This document shows positions 29,469-39,225 of a DNA stretch of 64,000 bases, piece by piece; within the stretch, counting starts at the first letter, position 1, and every line of letters begins with the position of its first letter. The position numbers and the translations under genes are program-made. The notes beneath the pieces are model-generated. The model was not told where the DNA came from. It ran no database searches and saw only the letters and a list, made by a program, of their open reading frames with translations. The stretch comes from Actinomycetota bacterium (GTDB taxonomy: Bacteria > Actinomycetota > Acidimicrobiia > Acidimicrobiales > JAMCPL01): the NCBI GenBank assembly GCA_023379675.1, contig JAMCPL010000008.1, positions 30,720 to 94,719 of the forward strand, given 5' to 3'.

Positions 29469-30221
29469 TCACCCTGCCGTAGCCACCTTGCCGTCTGACC
29501 CTGGAAGGTACAGTGTTCGCCTTGCCGGGTGTGCTGCGGCACCCCTACCGGTCGACTCGACCAGAGCTACGCGACTATGCAAACGGCCGAATCCTCCAGA
29601 TGGCCCCAACCACTTCGAGGAGACCACTTCCATGATTACGCTTGCACCTATGCTCCGAGCGGCCTGCCCCTGTAGGGACGTGCCCATGCCTGAAACCAGT
29701 ACAATACATATAGAATTGTATTTTCTGGCAATTGCAGCCAAGCGCTGTATGGTATGTATGTATCGCTGCAGGTAGGTATCCTGCAGGCTCAGATTCAACA
29801 GTACTATGTCGATTCCCTTCAGTAGGGTGGCTATAGCCTGCCAGAACTCTGCCGAAGGAAATGGCGATGCAGGCGCCGGCGGAGAGGTTGGTGGAGATAC
29901 CATCACCATACGATTTAGATCGACACCAAGCTCGCAGGTGGCCAGTAACCCCAGGTCGGTGAGTCCGGCAACCGCGCACCACGCGCCTTGGCTCGAAGCA
30001 GCCGCCAGCAGTGAAATAGCCAGGGTACAGGCACCATTGCCAACAATACTGCTCAGTACTTCTATGAGGGTACCTTTCTGCATGCCTCCGTATGGGAAGA
30101 ACGGGGCCAGCGCATCTATCACCGGCAGCACTGAATGATTGTCGTAACAAGAGCCTTTAATGAAGAAAGGGCTCGGTACTGAACCGCCGGCTATTCCTGT
30201 ACTATTTACATTAGCGAACAT
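29469..30221 (-). CDS. imuA: ImuA'-like RecA-fold mutasome protein
   Basis: LPVIDALAPFFPYGGMQKG, GAWCAVAGLTDLGLLATCELGVDLNRM; first gene of imuA-imuB-dnaE2; start taken at ATG 30221. Confidence 0.8.
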   Translation of the reverse strand: MFANVNSTGIAGGSVPSPFFIKGSCYDNHSVLPVIDALAPFFPYGGMQKGTLIEVLSSIVGNGACTLAISLLAAASSQGAWCAVAGLTDLGLLATCELGVDLNRMVMVSPPTSPPAPASPFPSAEFWQAIATLLKGIDIVLLNLSLQDTYLQRYIHTIQRLAAIARKYNSICIVLVSGMGTSLQGQAARSIGASVIMEVVSSKWLGPSGGFGRLHSRVALVESTGRGAAAHPARRTLYLPGSDGKVATAG

Positions 30222-30228
30222 CTGTTCT
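30215..30228. promoter_or_regulatory. LexA (SOS) box overlapping the imuA start
   Basis: CGAACATCTGTTCT (GAAC-N4-GTTC), with a minus-strand TATTAT -10 just upstream. Confidence 0.85.
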
Positions 30229-30382
30229 ATATAATAGCATGACTGCACCCCTTGTGGCCTTTTTGTATCTTGGTCACTTTGGTATATCTTGTACATGGCG
30301 TAGCGGTAGGCCACAGAACGGGGAGGAGCCGGTAGGGTGGTGGCTGGCGATCTGGCCGTACCTGTAACGTACTGATTGCCCT

Positions 30383-31306
30383 ATGGCCTGCACCTTCCAG
30401 GACGGAGCACTATTCTTGGGTACTGTGGAATCCAATGCGGTGGAACCTGATGTTCGGAGCATCTCTGAGCGCGACTTGCTACGGTGGAGCGAGAGCCTTG
30501 CTGCAATAGCCCGTACGGGGCTCGGTTTTACGGAAAGCCTGTACGAGCAGGAAAGATTCGAAGAAGTACTGCATATAGCGGCAGATATGCGTGCAGCAGC
30601 AGACGAGGAACGGGCAAATTCAATACGGGCGTATGACGCGCAGGCAAGCGACGCGAAAAGTACAGGGAGCGCTGCTCAGCTCCCTGGATCCAGCAACAGG
30701 GCAGGTGAAATGGGCAGAGCAGGCAAGGCGGATGAGTGGGTCCATGAATGGATGGGCCAGATAGGTAAAGGCATAGCAGGTTACGTAACTCCGAAAGTGG
30801 CAGTAGGTGCAGCCGTGGGAAACAGTGAGGGTCAATTATTGCTTATCAAGAGGGCTGATTCCGGCATATGGCTGTACCCTACCGGATGGGCGGATGTCGG
30901 GTACTCCGCAGCAGAGGTTGTAGTGAAGGAGGTCAGGGAAGAAACGGGCATCGACGTCGAGCCACTTCGCATTATTGCCGTACTCGATGGGTTCCGGCTT
31001 GGTTTCACAAGAATACCTCTATACTCACTGGTATTCCAGTGCAGACCATTAGGCGGATCACTCAAACCACACCCATTGGAATGCCTGGATGTGGGATGGT
31101 TTGGCGAAAGCGAGCTTCCTTCACCGTTGGCTGCCGCCGAGCGATGGAAGGATCACGTATTCAAGGCCATCCGAGGCGAGCCCGTCGAGGTGCTTTACGA
31201 TGTCGTCCGCAGGCCAGTATGGAAGGGTGAAACCGGTGATGCCGGCAGGGTTGGTGCTGAGCCGCTCCACTCGGCCGCTCCACCTGACCGTACAAAGGAA
31301 AAGTAA
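30383..31306 (+). CDS. NUDIX hydrolase with N-terminal Nudix_N domain
   Basis: LLRWSESLAAIARTGL, GYVTPKV, Nudix box GWADVGYSAAEVVVKEVREETG; start uncertain. Confidence 0.88.
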   Translation: MACTFQDGALFLGTVESNAVEPDVRSISERDLLRWSESLAAIARTGLGFTESLYEQERFEEVLHIAADMRAAADEERANSIRAYDAQASDAKSTGSAAQLPGSSNRAGEMGRAGKADEWVHEWMGQIGKGIAGYVTPKVAVGAAVGNSEGQLLLIKRADSGIWLYPTGWADVGYSAAEVVVKEVREETGIDVEPLRIIAVLDGFRLGFTRIPLYSLVFQCRPLGGSLKPHPLECLDVGWFGESELPSPLAAAERWKDHVFKAIRGEPVEVLYDVVRRPVWKGETGDAGRVGAEPLHSAAPPDRTKEK

Positions 31307-31332
31307 GCTCATGGAAGGATGTAGTATCCACA

Positions 31333-31821
31333 TCAAGGCCCTGCAGGGCAGCTACCACCCACATTATCGTCACCAGACGAAAGATGAGCTATGACATGAC
31401 AGACCGTAGAGGGGGGACAATCCGCCGGATCCAGCCGGGCACCTCTTTCAGCCAGTTGCTCCAGCTCACCCTTGAGCAGTTCCAGGTCGGCAATACGCTT
31501 GGATATGTCATTACTGTGAGTACGAATGAGCTCGAGAACGTAAGCACATGGAACCTGCCCATCGTCTCGCATGGTAATTATCTCCCGTATCTCACCAAGG
31601 GTCAGGCCTATTGCCTGCGCTGAGCGGATGAACTTCAGCTTGTCCAGAGTGTCGTTAGTATAGATCCTGTATCCATTGGCTTGCCGGAACGGGGCAGGAA
31701 GTACCCGAACCTGTTCGTAGTATCTAATGGTCTTGGCGCTGACACCTGCCAGCTCAGCCAGTTCACCAATGTTGTATCCCTCCTGTATTACGGAAGGGGA
31801 CTGTAGCTGTTTCTCATTCAT
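31333..31821 (-). CDS. MerR-family heavy-metal-responsive transcriptional regulator
   Basis: IGELAELAGVSAKTIRYYE, NGYRIY, Cys in VPCAYV and CPPSTVC; divergent from merA. Confidence 0.92.
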   Translation of the reverse strand: MNEKQLQSPSVIQEGYNIGELAELAGVSAKTIRYYEQVRVLPAPFRQANGYRIYTNDTLDKLKFIRSAQAIGLTLGEIREIITMRDDGQVPCAYVLELIRTHSNDISKRIADLELLKGELEQLAERGARLDPADCPPSTVCHVIAHLSSGDDNVGGSCPAGP

Positions 31822-31946
31822 ATTGCCTGCCGATTTCCAGTATCTACCTTGCCCAAATCCAGCTACCCAAAATGCATTCTATGAAGCATGCGTGGCTGTA
31901 TGGACATCCACTAATCACAATGCTATAACAATCTTCACTTTACCTC

Positions 31947-31978
31947 TTGACCTTCCATCTGAATGGAAGGTTTATAGT
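31947..31978 (+). promoter_or_regulatory. MerR-type promoter/operator of merA
   Basis: -35 TTGACC, 20-bp spacer, -10 TATAGT; dyad ACCTTCCAT-CTGA-ATGGAAGGT (31950-31971). Confidence 0.9.
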
Positions 31979-32020
31979 CATGATTGTAATCAATTACACG
32001 AAGAAGGGAGAGTAATTGCC

Positions 32021-33739
32021 ATGGTAAGCATACCGAAAATGCTGGGAAATGAGCAACAAGCGCTGATCAAGATAGAAGGTATGAGCTGCACTGATTGCGA
32101 GCACCACATAAAGACTGCGCTGGAAGGAGCCGGCGCCATGGCCGTGGAAGCCAACTGGGAAAGGGGTGAGGCCCGATTCACCTGGGCAAAAGAAGTGAGC
32201 GAGGAAGATCTCAAAGGCGCCGTGCACGCCGCAGGATACCAACCGAAGGAAATTACCCTGATAGGAACCTTGGGAGCTTCTCCAGACCCGACCGGTTCCG
32301 CTCAGGCTCACAAGGCACAGGCCAAGGTCCCTGGTGCTCCGGGTTTCGACTATGACCTGGTGATCGTAGGCGCCGGATCGGCAGCATTTGCCGGAGCGAT
32401 CAAGGCCAAGGAGGCAGGATACAGCGTAGCTCTCATCGAAAGAGGAACCATTGGAGGTACCTGTGTCAACATCGGTTGTGTGCCATCGAAAGCCCTGTTA
32501 AAAGCTGGTGAGATTTACTGGCAGGCAGGGCATCATCCCCTAGAAGGTGTTTCGACAACTGCTTGCAAGATGGACCTGGGTGCGGTTGTCGCTCAGAAGG
32601 ATGATCTGGTTACACATCTTCGCCAGGCAAAGTACACTAACCTGATCGCTGGTTACGGTTTCGACGTGATCCAGGGAAATGCACGATTTACCAGTCCCAG
32701 CAAAGTGGAGGTGAACGGCAACGCCATATCTGCGCAAGCATTCATAGTGGCAACTGGCGCCTCGCCGGCCATACCGCCTATTCCTGGATTGGAAACGACC
32801 GGCTACCTTACATCCACTACTGCCCTTGACCTTACCGAAATACCTGGACGTTTGGCAGTGATCGGAGCCAATGCCATTGGACTCGAACTTGGCCAGTTCT
32901 TCCAGCACATCGGTTCAGAGGTTACCTTCATCGACGTTGCCCCGAGGATAGCACCTTTCGAAGAACCAGAGGTATCCGATATACTAGCCGGTATACTTAC
33001 CAGCCAGGGAGCCATGATCCACGCTGGAGCCCAGGTGCTGGAAGTAAAGCGGACCGGTAACCACATCGACATCACGATCGCTGTCTCAGGTAAGCAGGTA
33101 GTTGTAGCAGCAGATCAGGTACTCATTGCCACTGGACGGCAACCCAATACCGCCGGGCTCGGTCTCGAAACCGCGGGAGTAGCGATAGACAGTCACGGCG
33201 CCGTAATTGTCGACAGTCACCTGCGCACCGCCAATCCAGTCATATTTGCAGCCGGTGATGTAACCGGGGCTCCTCAGTTTGTCTACGTATCAGCCTACGA
33301 AGGGGCATTGGCAGTGGACAACGCGATTCTTGGTGCAACCAGGGATGTCGATTTCAGCGGGCTTCCACGAGTCACCTTTACGCTGCCCCAGGTCGCATCG
33401 GCTGGCGTCACCGAAGCTCAAGCACGTGAGTCCGGGGCTGAAGTGATCGTATCGGTGTTACCCCTCTCTGCGGTACCGAGAGCTCTGGTCAATCACGAGA
33501 CAGCCGGGCTTGTAAAGCTTGTTGCAGATGGCCCATCCAGGCGGCTATTGGGTGCAACGGTTCTGTCTGATGCTGCAGGAGAGATTATACAGAGCGCGGT
33601 ACTGGCCATACGCCACGACATCACAGTTGACGATCTCGCGAGCACTTTCCACCCGTATCTCACCATGGTAGAGAGTATAAAACTAGCTGCCCAGACATTC
33701 GACCGTGACGTATCAAAGCTCTCCTGCTGTGCTGCATGA
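32021..33739 (+). CDS. merA: Mercury(II) reductase
   Basis: N-terminal HMA GMSCTDC, GGTCVNIGCVPSK redox pair, FHPYLT, C-terminal KLSCCAA. Confidence 0.95.
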   Translation: MVSIPKMLGNEQQALIKIEGMSCTDCEHHIKTALEGAGAMAVEANWERGEARFTWAKEVSEEDLKGAVHAAGYQPKEITLIGTLGASPDPTGSAQAHKAQAKVPGAPGFDYDLVIVGAGSAAFAGAIKAKEAGYSVALIERGTIGGTCVNIGCVPSKALLKAGEIYWQAGHHPLEGVSTTACKMDLGAVVAQKDDLVTHLRQAKYTNLIAGYGFDVIQGNARFTSPSKVEVNGNAISAQAFIVATGASPAIPPIPGLETTGYLTSTTALDLTEIPGRLAVIGANAIGLELGQFFQHIGSEVTFIDVAPRIAPFEEPEVSDILAGILTSQGAMIHAGAQVLEVKRTGNHIDITIAVSGKQVVVAADQVLIATGRQPNTAGLGLETAGVAIDSHGAVIVDSHLRTANPVIFAAGDVTGAPQFVYVSAYEGALAVDNAILGATRDVDFSGLPRVTFTLPQVASAGVTEAQARESGAEVIVSVLPLSAVPRALVNHETAGLVKLVADGPSRRLLGATVLSDAAGEIIQSAVLAIRHDITVDDLASTFHPYLTMVESIKLAAQTFDRDVSKLSCCAA

Positions 33740-33890
33740 ATCGTAGAGCATGCCTGCCGCCTGGAGAGTTCTGGCAAGAGATTCGCTGATGGCTTGAGAG
33801 ACAGAAAGGTGGTGGTAACAGCGCATTCCAGTCCCTGTCCCCTCTACCCGTAATCGCTGGTTTGCCACACGAAAGCGGCAAATCGGGTAC

Positions 33891-33925
33891 AGGACGAGCA
33901 ACAGCGATACGCTGTTGCTCGTCCT
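33891..33925. terminator. Perfect 16-bp hairpin between convergent merA and acyl-CoA ligase genes
   Basis: AGGACGAGCAACAGCG-ATA-CGCTGTTGCTCGTCCT; no U-tail. Confidence 0.65.
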
Positions 33926-33987
33926 CGACTTGCCACTCAGCTCTTGCTGGCCGTATTCCTGCGCGGAGAACACGATGGCAGGACAGC

Positions 33988-35967
33988 TTACCGCTGGACG
34001 GTGAGCTCCTCCTTGAGCTTGTCCAGCACTTCCGGGTCTTCCAGACCAGTTGTATCGCCTTCTACGGTGCCCGTGGTGACCAGCTCCTGCAGGAGCCTCC
34101 GCACGATCTTGCCGCTACGGGTTCTCGGCATGGTCGACAGCAGATAAATCTGCTTGGGTCTGGCTATCGGCCCTATAGATTCCACCAAGCGATCTGCAAG
34201 ATCGGCCTCACTTATGGAGCCGTCCTTACCGGCTGCCAGCGTTACGAAACCCACTGGCACCTGTCCTTTGGTGTCATCGGCAACACCGATTACTGCAGCT
34301 TCGGCGACGCCAGGCATCGATAGAAGGGCACTTTCCATCTCCATGGTCGACAATCTGTGTGCTGCAACATTGATAACCCCGTCCACCCTGCCCACCACCC
34401 AGACATGACCGTCTTCATCTTCCAGGGCAGCGTCGGCGGTATCATATAGCGCTGGACCTAAGCGGGTGAAATACTGCGTCTTGTAACGCTCATGGTCGCG
34501 CCAGATATCCCTGAACAGAGTCGGGAACGGCTTGTCAAGCGCCAAGAAACCGACCTGGCCTCGTGGAGCAGGGTTGTTGTCGCTATCCAGGATAGTGTAG
34601 CTATGTCCCGGCAACGCCGGACCGCAAGATCCGGGCTTTGCGGGAGTGACGCCTACGATCGAAGAAGTCCAAGCACTACCCGTCTCGCTCTGGCCGTAGG
34701 TATTATTGATCTCGAGGTTGCCCTGGCCGACGTTGTCATGCGTCCAGTGCCATGTCTTTGCATCCAGCGGTTCGCCGACCAGCGAAATCAATTCCAAGTG
34801 AGATATATCGTGCTTCTCCAACCACTGTACACCGTAACGAGCCAGCATCCGCAGGAGAGTGGGAGCCGTGAACACCTTGTTCACCCGGTAGCGCTCGACT
34901 ATGTCATAGAAACGGTCAGGGGCTGGGAAATCGAGCGCCCCCTCGTAGGCAAGCATGGTTGCCCCCATAGCCGTGGCTCCTACCAGTTCAAATATAGGGA
35001 AGGTCAGCCATCCGGTATCTGCCGTGCACCAGTATACGTCTTCCGGGCACAGATCGACCGCCATCTTTGTGTTGTGGTAAGCACCTACCAGGAATCCCAA
35101 CCCGCTGTGCACGAGCCCTTTGGGCTTTGCGCTGGTTCCACTCGTATAGATGATGAATGCAGGCTCGTTGGCTTCCATGGCAACTGGTTCCGCCAGAGAT
35201 GTCGTGCGTTCGAGGAGATCGTCCCAGTATACATCACGAGGTGCACTCATGGGTACATCCGTGCTGCCACTCCTGCGCACGACCACCACGTGCTCTATAG
35301 TGGGCAAGTAAGACAGTACGCTATCCAGGTTCTTCTTCAAACTAATTGTATTGCCGCGCCGGAAAGCCTCATCTGCGGTAACTACGACTTTTGCTCCGGT
35401 ATCCTCAATCCTATCTGCCAGTGCCTGTGGGGAAAATCCTGAAAAGATTATATTGTATATAGCACCTATCCTGTAACAGGCGTGGACGGTTGCAAAGGTT
35501 TCGAGGAGGTTGGGCAGGAGAATAGCTACGACGTCCCCCTTCTTCACTCCCATTTCGGTCAGCGCCTGGGCAAAGCGGGCGGTCTGTTCCAGTAGATCGC
35601 CGTATGTCCAGTGCCGCTCGGAACCGTCCTCACCTATCCAGTGTATGGCGGTGCGTTGTGGATTTTCGCGCGCATGCCGGTCTACGCAGTTGATACTGGT
35701 ATTTCCGTATGCGCCAGGAAAGTACTGGAAACCCGATTCCAAGTCCCCAGTCATGGCTACGTCCGGTGGCCATCCTGAAAGCCATTCGAGCTCGGAGGCT
35801 ACGGACACCCAATAGGATCCCGGACTTGTGAGTGACTTTCGATACAGATCCTGGTAGTCCTGCAGTGTTTCCATACCCAACCGCCCGGATGGCTTTCTCG
35901 GTGGCGGTACGAGCTGGCTGTCACGTACCATTGGAGGCAACTCTGGTAATGCTTCTGTATCGGACAT
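33988..35967 (-). CDS. Acetate/acyl-CoA ligase (Acs-like)
   Basis: YTSGTSAKPKG, GRVDGVINVAAHRL, PRTRSGKIVRR. Confidence 0.9.
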   Translation of the reverse strand: MSDTEALPELPPMVRDSQLVPPPRKPSGRLGMETLQDYQDLYRKSLTSPGSYWVSVASELEWLSGWPPDVAMTGDLESGFQYFPGAYGNTSINCVDRHARENPQRTAIHWIGEDGSERHWTYGDLLEQTARFAQALTEMGVKKGDVVAILLPNLLETFATVHACYRIGAIYNIIFSGFSPQALADRIEDTGAKVVVTADEAFRRGNTISLKKNLDSVLSYLPTIEHVVVVRRSGSTDVPMSAPRDVYWDDLLERTTSLAEPVAMEANEPAFIIYTSGTSAKPKGLVHSGLGFLVGAYHNTKMAVDLCPEDVYWCTADTGWLTFPIFELVGATAMGATMLAYEGALDFPAPDRFYDIVERYRVNKVFTAPTLLRMLARYGVQWLEKHDISHLELISLVGEPLDAKTWHWTHDNVGQGNLEINNTYGQSETGSAWTSSIVGVTPAKPGSCGPALPGHSYTILDSDNNPAPRGQVGFLALDKPFPTLFRDIWRDHERYKTQYFTRLGPALYDTADAALEDEDGHVWVVGRVDGVINVAAHRLSTMEMESALLSMPGVAEAAVIGVADDTKGQVPVGFVTLAAGKDGSISEADLADRLVESIGPIARPKQIYLLSTMPRTRSGKIVRRLLQELVTTGTVEGDTTGLEDPEVLDKLKEELTVQR

Positions 35968-36012
35968 TGATGTCCCCCTTCTCTGTCTAGTTGAATTCTT
36001 TCTTTGGGATGC

Positions 36013-36408
36013 TCAGGCCGTCACTTGATGCGTATAAGGATCGTGCATATGACCCCGCAACTCGCTTCTTAGCTCTGCGAAATCAGTTCGAAGCTGCCCA
36101 ACATCTACAGTAAGTCGGTAGATCCGCTCGGTCTGTGCGTCTATCCTGGCAGTCTGGCCGATTATCTCTTCCTTCAATTCTACACGCAGGCTGTCTATCC
36201 GCTCGGTCTGTGCGTCTATCCTGGCAGTCTGGCCGATTATCTCTTCCTTCAATTCTACACGCAGGCTGTCTATCCGCTCGGTCTGTGCGTCTATCCTGGC
36301 AGCAAGCCTATCCATTTTTTGCCAAGTCATAGTCAACAAAGCAACCATAAACGCCCCAAGTATCCCAATTGTTGTCCAACTTGCTGTCGTTGTCGCGAAA
36401 AGCCTCAC
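36013..36408 (-). CDS. Small membrane-anchored coiled-coil protein with a 25-aa tandem repeat
   Basis: N-terminal TM segment; ARIDAQTERIDSLRVELKEEIIGQT repeats. Confidence 0.75.
   Translation of the reverse strand: MRLFATTTASWTTIGILGAFMVALLTMTWQKMDRLAARIDAQTERIDSLRVELKEEIIGQTARIDAQTERIDSLRVELKEEIIGQTARIDAQTERIYRLTVDVGQLRTDFAELRSELRGHMHDPYTHQVTA
36122..36301. repeat. 75-bp tandem repeat, ~2.4 perfect copies
   Basis: ATCCGCTCGGTCTGTGCG... recurs at 36122, 36197 and 36272. Confidence 0.95.
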
Positions 36409-36547
36409 ATAATCACCTTACCAGCCGTGTGACTCGCTTGCCATGCCAACCCATACTTGCTTGATGCACGTATCGCCTTGACAGCCGTGTGTATCCCCTT
36501 AACGACTTCGAGTCGTTGTCCGATATTTCATCCACACGAGCCGCCAT

Positions 36548-37594
36548 TCAACTTTTTACATCCTGGGTGGCCATTTCCACCTCTGAGCCGGCTTCCTGCT
36601 GATCCTTGTCCTCACTTGGAGCAAGCCGTGTTCTGATGCGCTCATCAATCTCAACTGTCAATTCAGGCGTATCTCTCAGGAACTGCTTGACATTTTCCCG
36701 CCCCTGGCCAAGCTGCTCACCTTCATAGGTAAACCATGCCCCGGCCTTTTTCACGATGCCCAACTCCACAGCGACATCGAGTAACGATCCTTCACGGCTT
36801 ATTCCCGTCCCATACATGATGTCAAACTCTGCTTGCTTGAATGGTGGCGCTATCTTGTTCTTGACAACCTTCACCCTTGTCCGGTTGCCTATTGCATCGG
36901 GGCCATCCTTGATCGACTCAATCCTGCGGATATCGAGACGTACAGATGAATAGAATTTCAGGGCACGCCCCCCGGGAGTCACTTCCGATGAGCCGTAAAC
37001 TACGCCCACCTTTTCCCGTAGCTGATTGATAAAGACCGCAACAGTACCAGACTTGGACAACGATGCAGTCAGCTTTCTCAGCGCTTGCGACATCAAGCGA
37101 GCCTGCAGCCCTACATGGGCATCACCCATATCACCTTCTATCTCGGCACGAGGTGTCAGTGCGGCCACGGAGTCTATGACAACCACGTCCAATCCACCTG
37201 AGCGTATGAGCATGTCGACTATCTCCAGCGCCTGCTCACCCGTATCGGGCTGAGATATCAGCAATTCATCTATATCTACGCCGATAGCCTTTGCATAAGT
37301 CGGATCCATGGCATGCTCGGCATCGATATATGCACATGTTCCCCCATTACGCTGAGCCTCCGCCACCACGTGCAACGCTAGGGTGGATTTGCCACTGGAC
37401 TCCGGTCCGAATATCTCTATCACCCTCCCTCTCGGGAGACCGCCTATCCCGAGCGCCAGGTCGAGGGACATGGCTCCTGTCGGTATCGATTCAACCAGCA
37501 TATGCGTACGCTCCCCCATTTTCATAATCGATCCTTTCCCAAACTGCTTCTCGATCTGCCCTATGGCCACTTCCAATGCCTTCTCTTTCTCCAT
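36548..37594 (-). CDS. recA: Recombinase RecA
   Basis: [41 protein letters not shown] before ATG 37594. Confidence 0.98.
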   Translation of the reverse strand: MEKEKALEVAIGQIEKQFGKGSIMKMGERTHMLVESIPTGAMSLDLALGIGGLPRGRVIEIFGPESSGKSTLALHVVAEAQRNGGTCAYIDAEHAMDPTYAKAIGVDIDELLISQPDTGEQALEIVDMLIRSGGLDVVVIDSVAALTPRAEIEGDMGDAHVGLQARLMSQALRKLTASLSKSGTVAVFINQLREKVGVVYGSSEVTPGGRALKFYSSVRLDIRRIESIKDGPDAIGNRTRVKVVKNKIAPPFKQAEFDIMYGTGISREGSLLDVAVELGIVKKAGAWFTYEGEQLGQGRENVKQFLRDTPELTVEIDERIRTRLAPSEDKDQQEAGSEVEMATQDVKS

Positions 37595-37729
37595 TACTGT
37601 CTCCTTGTCTCTATTCACGGCGTACTCACGCCGGCTGGCATTCCCATCGTCACATGCCTGTATCTGTTGTGCACCCGACACCATAAGGCAGGGGTGTATC
37701 ACTAACGATTACACCAGGACAGTATACAA

Positions 37730-37744
37730 TCGAACAGCTGTTCT
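37730..37744. promoter_or_regulatory. LexA (SOS) box upstream of recA
   Basis: TCGAACAGCTGTTCT (GAAC-N4-GTTC). Confidence 0.88.
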
Positions 37745-37848
37745 GTGGTGGATGGTATGATTCTTGGTGCTCACTCCGGACAATACTCACTCGGCACAGT
37801 TCGCGCCGCTCAAGGCCAAGCAGGCATCTTTGCGCTAACCTGCTGGAT

Positions 37849-39213
37849 ATGATTTCGGCTCGTATCATTGCGGCTCCCGATTCCTTCAAGGAAACAGCAC
37901 CAGCCATACAGATCGTTCACGCCATTTGCGAATCGGCATCTCGGCTGGGCATAGAGTGTGATCCAACTCCCATGTCTGACGGAGGTGAGGGGTTCGCACA
38001 GACATATGTCAGTGCACTGGAAGAGCATGGCATATTCTATTCACGACATCCTGTAACAGTAGCTGGACCTGCCGGCAAACCTGTCGAGGCTGTTTACTAT
38101 ACGGTCGATCCTGGAAGCACACCCCGCTTGGCCATAATGGATTGCGCGTCTGCAACAGGTCTAGCTCTGGTGGGAGGCGCCAGATGCAATGACCCTCTGG
38201 CCGCCACCTCACGGGGAGTCGGGGAATTGATCATGGCTGCAATTACTGCCGGTATCAGGCAAATACTGATCGGACTAGGAGGTTCTGCCTGTACCGATGG
38301 AGGCTTGGGCGCGGTGCAAGTAATTACAGAAATGTACGACCCGAGGAGCAATCCGGTCGGGAGCCTGGACGGGGATCCGGTCGGGAGCCTGGGTGATGGC
38401 ACAAAGGCCGGCGCGGCAAGAGATCCGGCAACTGACGTTGCCGGCCAAGCGAACGTCGACCAGGGGAAGGACCTGAGTAAAGATGGGAACACAGTAGATG
38501 GTCTTACCGGACGCACGACTGTAGTCGCAGCCGTCAACACCGGCAAGAAATTAGGTGGCGTGGAATTGATTGCCTGCTACGATGTTGGCACTGCATTTCT
38601 GGATGCGGCTAGGGTATTTGCTCCTCAAAAAGGAGCTACTGCCGAGCAAGTCGACATCCTATCGCAAAGACTGGTGGACCTGGCTCATTACTACAAGACG
38701 GATTACGGGATAGATGTAAATGCCTTGGCCGGTGGTGGGGCCGCTGGAGGGCTGGGAGGTGGACTTGCCGCATTGGGAGCGCGCCTTGTACCTGGCTTCG
38801 ATACCATCGCGAACGCAGTACGGTTACAGGAAAGGATGGCTGGAGCGATTCTGGTAATCACTGGGGAAGGTCGTCTTGATACTACATCCTTCGAGGGAAA
38901 AGTGGTTGGTAGGATTATCCGAACTGCACATGATCAAGACGTGCCTGTGGCGGTGATAGCGGGATCGGTCGATCACGGGTTGCCTGGGTTGGAACACTCT
39001 GATGTAGGATGGTTTTCGATGGAAGTGCCCGCCAAACTGCTGGCTGACCGATCGGCGATGATGCCATCTCAGATGAGTGCTAACCAAACCTGCCAGGCAA
39101 GCGTCCAGGTAGTGAGCTTGGTTGAACGATATGGAAGCGCCAGGGCGCTCGGGGACACACTTGGATGCGTGAAGGACGCGACCACGAGCATTCTCACTGG
39201 CCATACCTGTTAG
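37849..39213 (+). CDS. Glycerate kinase (GlxK family)
   Basis: IIAAPDSFKE, MSDGGEG, IGLGGSACTDGG, VITGEGRLD. Confidence 0.92.
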   Translation: MISARIIAAPDSFKETAPAIQIVHAICESASRLGIECDPTPMSDGGEGFAQTYVSALEEHGIFYSRHPVTVAGPAGKPVEAVYYTVDPGSTPRLAIMDCASATGLALVGGARCNDPLAATSRGVGELIMAAITAGIRQILIGLGGSACTDGGLGAVQVITEMYDPRSNPVGSLDGDPVGSLGDGTKAGAARDPATDVAGQANVDQGKDLSKDGNTVDGLTGRTTVVAAVNTGKKLGGVELIACYDVGTAFLDAARVFAPQKGATAEQVDILSQRLVDLAHYYKTDYGIDVNALAGGGAAGGLGGGLAALGARLVPGFDTIANAVRLQERMAGAILVITGEGRLDTTSFEGKVVGRIIRTAHDQDVPVAVIAGSVDHGLPGLEHSDVGWFSMEVPAKLLADRSAMMPSQMSANQTCQASVQVVSLVERYGSARALGDTLGCVKDATTSILTGHTC

Positions 39214-39225
39214 AGGACATATCGT

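Noticed and set aside
29249..29542. 97-aa ORF running through the (GGTA)14 tract as a phase-variable gene
   Set aside because: No recognisable domain, it overlaps imuA, and the PTYL repeats are just the translated microsatellite. ImuB has a normal N-terminus without it.
31727..32020. N-terminal extension of MerA in the ORF track
   Set aside because: It overlaps the divergent regulator and spans the merA promoter; ATG 32021 has a purine-rich RBS and precedes the HMA domain.
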